A DNA stretch of 64,000 nt, taken from assembly GCA_951406725.2 (NCBI GenBank), contig OX597826.1, positions 13,206,001 to 13,270,000 of the forward strand. The letters run 5' to 3'. Shown here piece after piece: positions 1-13,959 of the stretch. How positions within the stretch are numbered: the stretch's first letter is position 1; each line of letters opens with the position of its first letter. The translations under genes and the position numbers were made by a program. The stretch comes from Octopus vulgaris. Taxonomy: Eukaryota. Below the pieces are notes generated by a model. That model saw nothing but the letters and a program-made list of their open reading frames with translations. It was not told where the DNA came from and searched no databases.

Positions 1-270
1 TGAAGAAGATTGTGTTAGAACAAACAGAAACTTAGAGGTGCTCGAAAAATAGGTTAACATATATAGCCTATAGCTGAAGATAATAATATGGCTGTGGGAA
101 CTTATAGTCACTCGGAAAACAGGCTAACATTTAACCTATAAATGAAGATATTCTTGTAAACAAATGGGAATTTATAGGGGCTCCGAATATAGGTTAATAT
201 TTAGCTTGTAGATGAAGATAATAACATGCCAGATAGGAACTTATAGGCACTTTCTAAGTAGGTTAACATC
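1..270. repeat. Diverged ~69-bp tandem repeat (4 units visible, cut by the window edge)
   Basis: TGAAGA(TA)...GGGAACTTATAGG...AGGTTAACAT(T)TAGCCTATAG recurs at ~1, 75, 143 and 213. Confidence 0.75.
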
Positions 271-334
271 TGGCATTTTCCATATCTTATTTTGTTATTT
301 ATTATATTTTTTTCTTCATTTAAGGTTTAGTCGT

Positions 335-370
<36 letters not shown>

Positions 371-666
371 AGAAAAACTACGAGAAAACCCTTGAGTGAC
401 GTATTGGAATATTACTGAGGTGGGAAACAGAAAAAGAAAAAAAAAATTAATAATTAGAAAAAGTTTAAAAAAACCCAGAAAAATCTCCCATCATATTCAG
501 TACAGGATAATAAAAATAAACTGTATTGGATATCCAATAAACACACGTGACTACAAATTCCCACATTCCCACCTCATAAACAATAATTCCCCCACCACCA
601 CCACATATATATGTAATTTGTGCATATGTGTAGACGTATATGTATATTTGTGTGTGTGCATATATA

Positions 667-772
<106 letters not shown>

Positions 773-1111
773 ACACTCCCCCACATACACAAACATATAG
801 CCATGTACAAATTACTTATATAAAGCGCCATTAGCTAATAACCACCGAAACTGCAATATGGCTGCCTTCGAAGTGTAATGGCATCCGAGCTAATAATGAT
901 GTACCGGATGTATCTTGCTCATATAATCCAACTTATTTCACTCCATTTTTTATTTGTTTTCTTTAATGCTGCACGCCTACTGATTACGTCCTTCGGCAAG
1001 ATACTCATTTCTGTTTACTTTTCAGACAAAATATTCTCAGAGCAAGTTTTACAGCGCAAATGGAGAGTGACACTACTCCTACTACTACTACTACTACTGC
1101 TGCTGCTACTG

Positions 1112-2375
<1,264 letters not shown>

Positions 2376-2392
2376 TCAACAGTTCTCATATC

Positions 2393-2538
2393 CAGGGCCG
2401 TTTTAATGTATGAACACACAAGTCAGGACCCAATTCTGATCTATGCCTATTGTTGCGTACTGTCAATGAAAAATACTATAGGACCAATTCTATTGATTTG
2501 CCTGGTGGGGGATGTATGAAGCTGCTAATACGACCCTG
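2393..2538. mobile_element. hAT-like MITE
   Basis: Terminal inverted repeats (TIRs) CAGGGCCGTTTTA / TAATACGACCCTG; flanks CTCATATC and CTCAATCC resemble a decayed 8-bp TSD. Confidence 0.5.
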
Positions 2539-2592
2539 CTCAATCCTAAAGTATCGTGTGACATATTTCACCAGGATAATTCCGGCAAAATA

Positions 2593-3161
2593 TCGGGTTG
2601 TCCGGAAAGTTCGTGACGATTTATAGAAGCTTACCTTTCGACTTATTTTAGAACATGGTTGAGTCCATGAAATAGGATTTGACTACACCTCCATTTAGAG
2701 CACAGTTTAAGTTATCTTTTCGTGGAAGAAGGTTTATGTTCCTATAACCTGTGTTAATTCTGTAACCCTTTAAAATGGAAGATAAGAAAGATCCATTTTC
2801 GGCACTTGATGCTTTGGGAACCAGACAAAAATTGCTGCAGCTCGGCTGGGATGTGTTACCCCACCCTCCACATTCACCAGATATTGCTCCTTCGGATTTC
2901 CACTTATTCAGGTCTCTGCAGAATAGTCTTAATGGTAAACATTTCAATTCCTTTGGATGACATAAAAATATACCTTGATGAATTCTTTGCCATGAAATAC
3001 CCTCAATTCTGGGAAGACGGTATTTTCAAGTTAAAGGAAAGATGGAGACGCATTGTGCAACAAAATGGTTCATATTTGGTTGATCAAAAATGTAATGGCA
3101 AGTATTTATTGACCTTTTTCCTTTCCTTTAAAAATCGGCACGAACTTTCCGGACAACCCAA
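2593..3161 (+). mobile_element. Internally deleted mariner transposon (mellifera-subfamily-like)
   Basis: ~30-bp TIRs TCGGGTTGTCCGGAAAGTTCGTGACGATTT / AAATCGGCACGAACTTTCCGGACAACCCAA, with TA on both sides. A frameshifted transposase N-terminus (MEDKK..FRHLMLWE) is fused to the C-terminus (LGWDVLPHPPHSPDIAPSDFHLFRSLQNSL...FWEDGIFKLKERWRRIVQQNGSY). Confidence 0.93.
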
Positions 3162-4210
3162 TATATGAAACCACCAATACTTCCAAAACAGCTTCCCAAA
3201 CTTCTGTTTTCCCTGCGTAAATGTATAAAATTACGTAACAAAGATATCTACCAGTTGTTATTTTATTCGTTTGTAATTTGTACGAGGTAGATAGCGTATC
3301 TCGCTCTCATTATCTAAAATAACAATGACTGACTCACATTACGGCAATATGCATTGTGTAGTCCAACTGGAATTGGCGGCATTTTCCCCTTAGACATAAA
3401 AGTTAATCTTTAATGAGATATAATAAAGTTGATTGCATGCACTAAGATGGATCAACTGAGAGTTGAAAGCCTTGCATATGATGAGATGAAGGCCAACCAC
3501 TGTATACAGTCTCTTTCACACATACATACATACATACATACTAATAGCCGCGAGCCAACCAAAGCTTTGTAATCGATTTGGTAGACAGAAATTAAAAGAA
3601 GCCCATTGTATGTATGTATATATATATATATATGCGTTGCCGGGTCATAGTGCTAGTATATAATATATAATAAGAACTAATATAATAAAATGGTACAAAG
3701 CGATGATTGAAGCTGAACGAAATTTTCCTGATATCAGCTCCTTGCAATTAAATGGATTTGTGCCAATGTAGAATAAAGAATTCAGTCAAAAGACAACGAA
3801 ATGCCAACAGCAGATCAGAACTGAGAACCTTTGGGAAAACAATCCAAGCGACTTCATCCATCCTGGTTATATTGATATAAATACGCAGATGTTCTTGATG
3901 GGGCAAATGATATACACTTGTGTTGAGAATCGAAACCGGGGAGAAGAGTTTCGTTGAGGTGACATCCGCAATAAGTTCTGGAATCCATTAGAGTTTTAAT
4001 AAATGGATTTACCTTATTAGTGGCGTAATTGGGAAAATAAATAAATTCCAACAAACGTTTCCATATGATGCATGTAGCCACACAGACTCGAATGCGTAGA
4101 GACATGCATACATAGTGACAGAGAAAGGGGGAGAGAATGAAGAAGGGAAAAGTAGGTAAGAAAAATAACGGGGGCACAATAGCATATATACCTACATATA
4201 TATTTTTTTT

Positions 4211-4436
4211 TTACTACCTACAAGGGGCTAAACATAGAGGGGACAAACAAGGACAGACAAATGGATTAAGTCGATTACATCAACCCCAGTGCGTAACTGG
4301 TACTTAATTTATGGACCCCGAAAGGATGAAAGGTAAAGTCGAACTCGGCGGAATTTGAACTCAGAACGTAACGGCAGACGAAATACGGCTACGCATTTGG
4401 CCCGGCGGGCTTACGTTTCTGCTAGCTCGCCACCTT
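4211..4436 (-). mobile_element. SINE family B, full length
   Basis: Near-identical to the copies at 17849, 36232 and 48196; flanked by a TACATATATA direct repeat. Confidence 0.85.
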
Positions 4437-4996
4437 ACATATATACATACATATATATGTATGTGTGTGTGTGTGTGTGTGTGTGCGTGCGTGTATGTGT
4501 GTGTGTGTAACCATATTCACACACAAACACATACACATACACACATGGTTGATGTTGTTTCACTTTCCGACGCTACCAACATGGCCACCAACCTGAAACG
4601 CTGTTCTTGTTGGTTTTAAACTTAACGGGACTTCACTGTTCTGAGTTCAAATCTTGCCAAGAACTGAACAATTATTTCTGTCCAAAAGACATAAACGCCA
4701 AGACTCTTATTTACACGTTTACGTAAATTCTTCGTACTGAAACTTCCAATTTTTATGTGATGGCCTGGAGTCGAAGTAATCGACTTGACCCACCCCAAAT
4801 CTGCTGGACTTGTGTCAAAATTTGAAATCAATATTAACATCCAAACCCCAAAATAATGCACAAAAGCAGCAGCTTTCTAAGAAGCCAAAAGCACGATGTT
4901 TCCTGAGAGTAAGCCGATTTAACAATGAATAATTCTAATTGGACGATGATGCTGCTTTTACCAACAACAATATTGATTACATGATCTTTGTAGCAT

Positions 4997-5061
<65 letters not shown>

Positions 5062-5221
5062 CATCAAAAAATATGACTACCAAGCACTTGAGCCATAAGT
5101 GAAGACTTAGGACATCTATAAGCGTTAAGTGGAATTAGGAAGGCTATTGCTCCAACCTAAATATAAAGGAAGATCATTAAAGAAAATATACATACATAGA
5201 TACATACATACATACATACAT

Positions 5222-5289
<68 letters not shown>

Positions 5290-5292
5290 TTT

Positions 5293-5620
5293 TATATATT
5301 AAATTAGAGATAAAACCGCTATTAGGCAATCATACAATGAAAAACTCAAGCCAATACATAAGATTAATTAATTAATATTATTTTAAATATATCAAAATTA
5401 TCAAAAAAAGATAATTAGTAATTATCTTTTTTTAATAATTTTGATATATTTAAAATAATATAAATTAATTAATCTTATGTATTGGCTTAAGTTTTTCATT
5501 GTATGATTTGCCTAATAGTGGTTTTATCTCTAATTTAATATAATATAATATTTTACTATAAAATTGGATTCAATCCTAAATCTGATTTTTCCCTGTAAGT
5601 TTGGATTTATTCCCTAATAT
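5293..5620. mobile_element. AT-rich ~250-bp palindrome with a one-sided tail (second copy at 44096-44368)
   Basis: Arms TTAAATTAGAGATAAAACCGCTATTAGGCAA... / ...TTGCCTAATAGTGGTTTTATCTCTAATTTAA centred at ~5418; tail ...TTTTTCCCTGTAAGTTTGGAT. Confidence 0.75.
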
Positions 5621-5622
5621 TT

Positions 5623-5680
<58 letters not shown>

Positions 5681-5683
5681 AAA

Positions 5684-5890
5684 GTTAATCCAAACAAGAA
5701 AACACAAAAAAAACACAACAACGTGAGGACGTGGAACAAATTTAAAGTATTATTGGACGCTCAGGAAAGAAGGGAAGAAGGATGGTCTAACGTTTCGAGC
5801 GGAGCTCTTCGTCGGAAACATAGGAGAAGGAAAGATCCAGAGAAGGGAAGACAGAGGAAAAAAAATCGCCAACGGTACACACGAGGTCAC
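5684..5890 (-). mobile_element. Short repeat carrying a hammerhead-like motif (Penelope-like terminal fragment)
   Basis: Minus strand 5785-5819 reads GTTT-CCGACGA-A-GAGC-TCC-GCTC-GAAA-CGTT-AGAC; downstream TTCCTGAGCGT..AATA matches the elements at 31240 and 42530. Confidence 0.6.
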
Positions 5891-5899
5891 GTGTGTGTG

Positions 5900-5930
<31 letters not shown>

Positions 5931-5933
<3 letters not shown>

Positions 5934-5990
5934 GAGTCGCAATGGCCCAGTTGTTAGAGAAACGGACTCGCGGTCGTAGGATCATAACTG
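5931..5990 (+). mobile_element. Head-only fragment of tRNA-derived SINE family D
   Basis: GTGGAGTCGCAATGGCCCAGTTGTTAG...CGGACTCGCGGTCGTAGGATC matches the reverse complement of the heads ending at 23401 and 58398. Confidence 0.7.
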
Positions 5991-6100
5991 TCAGATTCAA
6001 AGGAAAACGAACAGCCGCATAGAGCTGGAAAGAACGATGATAAACAAAAGTGAATTTAGCTGAAATGTATTAATGACAAAAATTAATTTTCCCCTAAGTT

Positions 6101-6562
6101 AGGTGCAGGAGTGGCTCTCTGGTAAGTAGCTTGCTTACCAACCATATGGTTCCGCGTTCAGTCCCACTGCGTGGCACCTTGGTTAAGTGTCTTCTACTAT
6201 AGCCTCGGGCCGACCAAAGCCTTGTGAGTGGATTTGGTAGACGGAAACTGAAAGAAGTCCGTCGTATATATATGTATATATATGCGTATATCCCAGCATG
6301 GCCATAGCTCGTGAGCTGAAACTAGATAAAATAAAAAATAAATAAAATATATGTGTGTGTGTGTATCTGTATTTGTCCCCCCAACATCGCTTGACAACCG
6401 ATGCTGATGTGTTTACGTTCCCGTAACTTAGCGATTCGGCAAAAGTGGCCAATAGAATAAGTACTAGGCTTCCAAAGAATAAGTCCTGGGGTCGATTTGC
6501 TCGACTAAAGGCGGTGCTCCAGCATGGCCGCAGTCAAATGACTGAAACAAGTAAAAGAGTAA
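6101..6562 (+). mobile_element. tRNA-derived SINE family A, full length, with internal microsatellite
   Basis: A-box-like TGGCTCTCTGG, B-box GTTCAGTCCC, CORE-like CACCTTGG(G/T)(C/T)AAGTGTCTT and tail (TAAAAGAG)n; about ten copies or fragments in the window. Confidence 0.88.
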
Positions 6563-6944
6563 GTTCTTCAATTTAAGTTCACAAAACACCCAAATGCAAT
6601 TTGCTTTCCGCCGCTGAATGGTCAATAAAATAAAAGTGAACTGGATTCAGTCAAATTGACATCACATTTTTATAGATGCTTCTTTGCCACAATCTCAAGA
6701 AAAGCAAGAATAAAAAACATTAATATCAAAACAAGAAAAGAAAGAAAGAAAACTTTAGCAATGGCAATAACAACAGGAATAATCGCAGAAATCCACAAAG
6801 ATGATATCAACAGAAGGTTATCAAGATAAGAATTAGATTATTGATATCAGAGGGTATCTGGTGTCGAAGATAAGTACGCCTTTCCGAACAGGAATTGTAA
6901 TAGAAAGAAGAAATACACGTACGTGTACGTACGCATACATATAT

Positions 6945-7019
<75 letters not shown>

Positions 7020-7022
7020 TAA

Positions 7023-7055
<33 letters not shown>

Positions 7056-7065
7056 TAACACACAA

Positions 7066-7096
<31 letters not shown>

Positions 7097-7751
7097 AACA
7101 CACACAAACACACACACACACATACACAAACACACACACATACACACACACAAACACACACACACAAACACACACAAACACACACACACACATATATATA
7201 TATATTTGCAAGCTTACGCACACAGATGCGGAGAAATGTAGGAAGAGCGCACAAAAAAACCCGAGTGTATGCGATGATGAATGGTGAGAATAATGCAGAA
7301 GAAACCAGGAACAAAGGCAAAAATGAATGAAAGAAAGCTCTTTATCTTGGCTTCTTATACGAAATGTGGGCAAATCGCCACAACGAGAATTGTCTGCCAG
7401 CAACAACACCAGTCGCAAAGGACTTTGCTTTGTTTTTAATATCTAATTCACTGTGTTTGGGTTACGGTTTTAAAATAATAACGACAATTGAGTTAGATGT
7501 ACCGCGTTATTCGTCTCTGTCGGTCAAAGATTCCTGCTGTATATAATATTTGCAGGTGTAGCACACCCCTTCTCTTACTAACACCAGCTCATTGATCGTC
7601 TCCATTTCCATTGTGTAAACTCTTGATATTTATTTACTATTACGTTGTATTTATGTTGCTGGCATGTTTTCAAGTCTTAAATCTTTGTCTTAAACATGTC
7701 TGTTCTTATGCTATAAGGAAGTATCTCTCTCCTCCTCCTCCTCCTCTCTCT

Positions 7752-7845
<94 letters not shown>

Positions 7846-8681
7846 CTTGGTTTTATTTTTTCTTGAAGAGTTCGGTTAAACGAGCGAAAGCAGTAATACC
7901 GGTCGTTTCTATTTTGCCTATGGCCAACTCCACTAGGAGTCAACAATGGGGATTTCATCTAATTAATTGACTCGCTAGAAGCAGCAGCCAAGTTTCTTTC
8001 ATACCACACACCACTATCTAAAACAAAACAAAACAAAACAAACTAACAAAAAAAGTGATATGTTTGATTTATATAGTCCTTGACACCATTCGAAAGACGA
8101 GATGGTCATGACCAGGTTGCATTTAATCATATCGCTTTTCATCTCGATCAGGGCTGACATTATGATAATCAGGAATAACAAGCAACGATAATCCATTAAA
8201 GTCAAATTAGGTACCGCAAAAAGGGTTATAATACCTTGCAGCATCTTGAAACTGGTCGTGAATTAGTTGTTCGGCGTGGCAAATTTAAATAATCCTGCAG
8301 TAAAGGCTACCCTCAATAATCTAGTGTCCTACTGAGGGAACAATATATCTCTGCTTGGCTTAATCATATGGAGTCTATCTGAAGGTACTGAAACTGCCAG
8401 CGTCTTTAGTGAAACAGCTGATGAAGAGTAACTCTTCAGTTACTTGTTATTTCTTTCGTTTGATCAATCTATCATATGATTTTATCATTTTTGCTATGAG
8501 CTCATGGAATTTTGAAATAGTAGTTTAAAGATATGTTTAAAAGGAATTAACCGACGTTAATAAAATATATGACAGAAAAAAAATTGAAGACCAGTCTTTG
8601 GAACTTGATCAATGTTTGGTAATTGTTTCTTGTTCTTTTCTGTGCAAACACATACATACATACATACATACACACACACAG

Positions 8682-8773
<92 letters not shown>

Positions 8774-9057
8774 TCATATATAGGCATGTCATTGGTCGAA
8801 TTCGTCATGTGAGCAAAAGAATCAATTCATCTTGCATATAATTAATAATAATGTTTGAACTTTACAACATGCCTTTTTGCGAATGAGCTAAAAGGAACGC
8901 TTGTTTCATTGCCTGATCATGAAAGCCTTTTCCGACAACACAGGAGCCGGAACCGCTGCCTTTTCTATCAAGACAAGACAAATACTAACTATCAATAGTA
9001 ACTTCTACTCAACAGTGACGCGAACAGGGGATAAAGGTATACGTATAAACTCAGTCT

Positions 9058-9436
9058 AGGCGAGAGTACTCGGAGAGTGCAAACCTCCGCCAAAGCAACA
9101 CCAACGTCCTGTCAACGATTAGCCAGAGATGATTTTTTAAAATGAGAATATCTGAAATAAACTCAACTGCTTTCACAAACGAGAGTACTAAAAATGAACC
9201 CCACCGCTCTAAAAAATTAAGTAAAAAAAAACAGGCAAAGTAATCAAGAATCTTTGTCCGGTACCGGATCGATCCCAAAATCTAATCATTTCGTGCCAAT
9301 CACGAGGCCAAACATTCCTGAAGGTTTCATCCGAATCCATCCAGCGGTTCTTGAGATATCTTGTCCACGGACAAATAACAAACAAACAAACACGACTGAA
9401 AACAATACCTCTGCCTTCGTTAAGGCGGAGGTAATA
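9058..9436 (+). mobile_element. Helentron-associated non-autonomous element (HINE/DINE-like)
   Basis: 5' subterminal ACCTCCGCC (9083-9091) is complementary to 3' GGCGGAGGT; terminal hairpin TACCTCTGCCTT-CGTT-AAGGCGGAGGTA (9406-9433) preceded by (AAAC)n. Confidence 0.65.
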
Positions 9437-11809
9437 ACTGTATGCACCTCCTATGAGTTGGGGAAATTCCTTAATATATATATGCTAAATGATCAGAGAC
9501 TCGATGCAACGAAGATTAGTTGGACTGGTCTACTTAAGTAAAGTCTCTGGCTGATGAACATAATCCTCTTGTCAACAGAAAACTATTCACATACACAGAT
9601 GAGTATTGGTACAAATCCGGCAAACTTCTCGACGCCTGCAATATTGGCAGGTAGGGTATCTTCTCTTGCAAGACACGTTACATGCCACCTAAAGTAGCCA
9701 ATGTATTTCATAAACAGGAAATAGCTGTTAAATACCTCTTTTAGAATATGTCGATTGTGCCATAGCAGTGTGATGTATATCACCTCCTAATCAGTAAATG
9801 CCACAAATTCCTGCAAGGTTACTTACCACCTCCCTATAAAACATGGCATTGTTACAAAGACTGTATATAAACGTTGTCTAAAAGACAATTTATTTATTTA
9901 TTTATTTATTTATTTACCTACTTTATATTCGGTATGTGAACAATAACGTCGTTGGTTTTAAATATTCAAGTGCTTGTTCTCAGAATTTCATGGTGAGTAC
10001 GATGGGGGGTGTTTATGTAGCTCGGCGTAGTACAAATATCAATAGGAAATTTCGTTCGAAGAGCACCGGTTTTCTGATTTTGTTACTAATATTTACAACC
10101 TTCACAGATATATATTGCATATACACCCCCCACACACACACAATAATTATGTTTACACACACTTGCCCGTGAAAGATTCTCGTTCAGTTTCTTCTTACCA
10201 AATCTACTCATAAGGCACTGAAGAGCTCCAAATTATGGAAGAAGACACGAAGACACTTAGTCAAGGTACACAGTAGAATCGAACTCGAAACCAAATGGTT
10301 ACACAACGAACTTCTTAACTGCATTGCCATGACTAAATCCATATACTTAAAAAGCAACGCACACTTCAAAGGGAATGTATTCATGTATAGGAAGAAAAGA
10401 AAAGCAATATCGACGGTCTGTCTTGATATTGTTTTGATTCTGGACGTTGTTTCCTACTTCTAATATTAGAGTAAGAATCGACAATGTAGAGTTCAGCTGC
10501 TCAGTAGATTGTTAGCATACTGCCTACATTTACAGGAAAGATCATCGACGATGAACAAATGCTAGACTAGAAAATTACATTTCTCACACTATTTCGAGTT
10601 TTCATTTGTGAGTGGGATTGCGTATCTGTCGATGTACAAACATGGGTGTGCACACGAACGAGTGTTTATGACTCTGTGTGTATATGTGTGTGTTTGTATG
10701 TGTGCGCGTGCGCGCGTGCATGCATGATATATACATATATACATGCATGGTATACATGTATATATATGAATATATGTATATATTATCTATGTAAATATAT
10801 ATATATAAATATGTATATATAGAAATATTAGAATGGTTGTATACTGTCAATCTAACGTGAACGTGACAGTAGGGGGTTATACCACCGCTGTTTAGCCCTA
10901 GGAAGCATCGCCGCCTCCTGATGGCTTTGACACATTTTTCCTGTGTCCTTGTATACATTTATGTATATATAGATATATATATATATATAACATTTGCATG
11001 CATATATATGTATACATACATGTATTATATATATATATAAATAGAGAGAGAGAAAGAGAGAGAGAGTGAGAGAGATGCATGTGCGTGAGTATATGCGTGT
11101 GTGCGCTTGTGTATGTGTGTGCATGCGTGTACGTGCACAAGGTGTGTATATGCTGAGATGTGTGTTGATATAACTCGGTTACATCAACCCATTTTAATAC
11201 AAATGACTACATAAGAAACCTGTGTACGTCTGGTGAAGATTTCTTTTTGGGTGCTTATGTGTGTGAGTGTATGGGATCATGTGTCTATGTGGGGATGTGT
11301 ATAAGTATGGAAATGTTGAACATAGGAAGGATAGAGGCGGATAGACAGAGGAACGAAGTTTGGGGACAGACGAAACGCTTCTGCTACACGTTGGGATGTC
11401 TATATGTGCGACTGCTTACAAGGAACTGTAACTGTATGTGTCTATGCGTAAAGGATTTTTTTTTTTATTTTGGGCGACGTAAACTAAAATCTGGCAGATA
11501 TCTTCAGGAACACCCGTGTTTATGAATCGGTTTATAACTATGCTTGCGTGCGTGCGTGCTCGAATGTATGTGTGTGTATGTGAACGTGTGTATGTGTATG
11601 TATGCGTATGTACGCATGTGTATGTATATGCAATCAAAACGTGTATATGTAGTAAACCAGGAGATAAATAGCTACAGTTGGTGGGGGTTGGGTTGAATGT
11701 AAGGTATAAGGAGGGAAGTGATGAAGATGGGCTATAGAATATGTGTGTATGTGTAAGGTGGATATAGAATGTACATATGTGTGTATGTATGCGTATCTAT
11801 GTGCATGAA

Positions 11810-12128
11810 AGCGGAAAGTGTAACCTCTCGAAAGAGCCGTTCTTCACTCCTGCTCCAGAGCGTCGGCTGCGGGGTCACTCCGAAAAGCTCTATCTGCGAC
11901 GATTTCATCCCAATCGAAGGAGAGGGGGGCTTTCTCCGCCCGGGTTGCGGATCCGTGGAATAAGCTGCCGGACGAAATAGTGAAGATGCCGACGACCGCT
12001 CGGTTCAAAGTCTCCCTTGACCACAAATGGCCTGAACTTTTTGCATGAACACCACCCCGTACATAACTCCATGACCCCCTACATGGCCTTGCTTTTTGCT
12101 TTTTGAGCCAAAATTAACCTAACTTAAC
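11810..12128 (+). mobile_element. 5'-truncated CR1-type LINE 3' end (ORF2 C-terminus plus 3' UTR)
   Basis: With one frameshift it translates as FFTPAPERRLRGHSEKLYLRRFHPNRRRG/AFSARVADPWNKLPDEIVKMPTTARFKVSLDHKWPELFA* (stop 12046-12048), the RGH..KL...F..RV...WN.LP...V......FK..LD signature; short repeat tail TTAACCTAACTTAAC. Confidence 0.85.
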
Positions 12129-12194
12129 ATGATGAGTACACAGAAATACAGCGTGTGAGAGAGTGGGCACAGGCTGTGTGTCTGTATATGTATA

Positions 12195-12354
12195 CAGGGC
12201 CGGCCCAAGGGTTGCTGGCGTCCCGGGCAAGCTGGGCTTCGGAGTGTACAAGCTGACGGTCGTGGAGGTTTTCTTGTCCCACCCTCCTTGGCGCCCTCTA
12301 GCCCTAGGCATACCCGGGCAATTTCCGAGTTGCCGGTACCTTGAGCCGGCCCTG
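12195..12354. mobile_element. hAT-like MITE inside a larger inverted repeat (12137-12412)
   Basis: TIRs CAGGGCCGGCCCAAGG / CCTTGAGCCGGCCCTG; GC-rich interior. Confidence 0.7.
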
Positions 12355-12469
12355 TATACATACACAGACACATAGTCTGTGCCCACTCTCTCACACTCTG
12401 TATTTCTGTATACCCATAATATATCCACTTTACACACACTGACACACACACACATACATATACATACAT

Positions 12470-12519
<50 letters not shown>

Positions 12520-13062
12520 AAGCTAACAGATTATCCTGGCGAAAACACCTCATGTCCTCTCTATGTATGAGTGTGTGTGTGTGCGTGTACGTGTATGTGT
12601 GTCAGTATAGTTAGATAGATAGATCTGTCAGGTGGAAGTGTGTGTGTGTGTGAATGAGTGAGGTTAGTATAGAGTGTTTATATATGAGCTAGAAATAGAA
12701 TATCTATGTGTGAGTGAAGTGGATGTTAAGCTTACATCATGTATATATGAAAGAGTAGAAATGCTGATATTTAACCCCAGGAAAGACCTAATCAAGTAGA
12801 GCGATGATCATAATGATTCCAGCCAAAGCCATCCATCTTGTCTTTATCCAGATACATTATTAATTAAAACTAATTTTATCCAGTAGGTTCTTCTTTTTCT
12901 TTAAACGATAAGGTTTTCAGTTCAGGATAGACTTGACGATTATTTTTAGCAGATCGGATGATCACTTAGGGGACTTCATCGTAATTTGAATGAATATGAT
13001 GCATGTATTCTGGGGTCATTTAATGTATGTATGTAAATGTAGTGTGTAGTGCACGAATGTAA

Positions 13063-13095
<33 letters not shown>

Positions 13096-13401
13096 TGTGG
13101 AGGGGCAATAAGTGTTTGCGTGTATAGCGTGGAATTGTATATGTATGTGTATGTTGATGCGTATTAATTATTTATATATATATACAGGGAAGGCCAAAAG
13201 TCACGCACTAAGATTTAAAACTCGTTTAACACACACTATACATTTCAAAAAAGCAATCCTTGAAATTTAATTACAAAGCAAAAATAGTAACGATGCCCAC
13301 ACGTACTTGCATATGATGAACAAAATGAATAATAATAACAACAACAACAACAACAATAATAATAATGATGATGATGATGGTGGTGGTGGTGGTGGTGGTG
13401 C

Positions 13402-13434
<33 letters not shown>

Positions 13435-13477
13435 TGATGATAACGTTATATATATATATATAACGTTATCATCATCA

Positions 13478-13536
<59 letters not shown>

Positions 13537-13555
13537 TATATAGATATAGATATAT

Positions 13556-13586
<31 letters not shown>

Positions 13587-13959
13587 TAGATATCGATATA
13601 GATATATACAAGAGTTAAGGAATGGTGCAGATAAGATCCGGGTTTCATATGTTTCATAGCGAAGAGAACTTCAGAAGTCATAAATACCCACAACTTCCCG
13701 TCTCAGTTGACCATTATTGACCCCAAAATTTGCTTTTTTTTATATTTACTACGGATTGATTGAAGCTAACTTTCTTCCTACAGCTCGATCCCTGGATCTT
13801 ACATTTGCGTGTATGTGTGCGTACGTGTGTGTGGCTTTTGGCCCACCCTGCATAAGTGTACAGTGGTGCAGAGTGTGTGTATACGTTGTGTTGTGTAGTG
13901 CATGGCGTTGTGTAGTGTGTGTAATGTCTGTAAGAAATGTAATGCAAATAATGTGTTTA

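Noticed and set aside
1-270. CRISPR array
   Set aside because: Eukaryotic context, degenerate repeats, spacers related to each other, and no cas genes.
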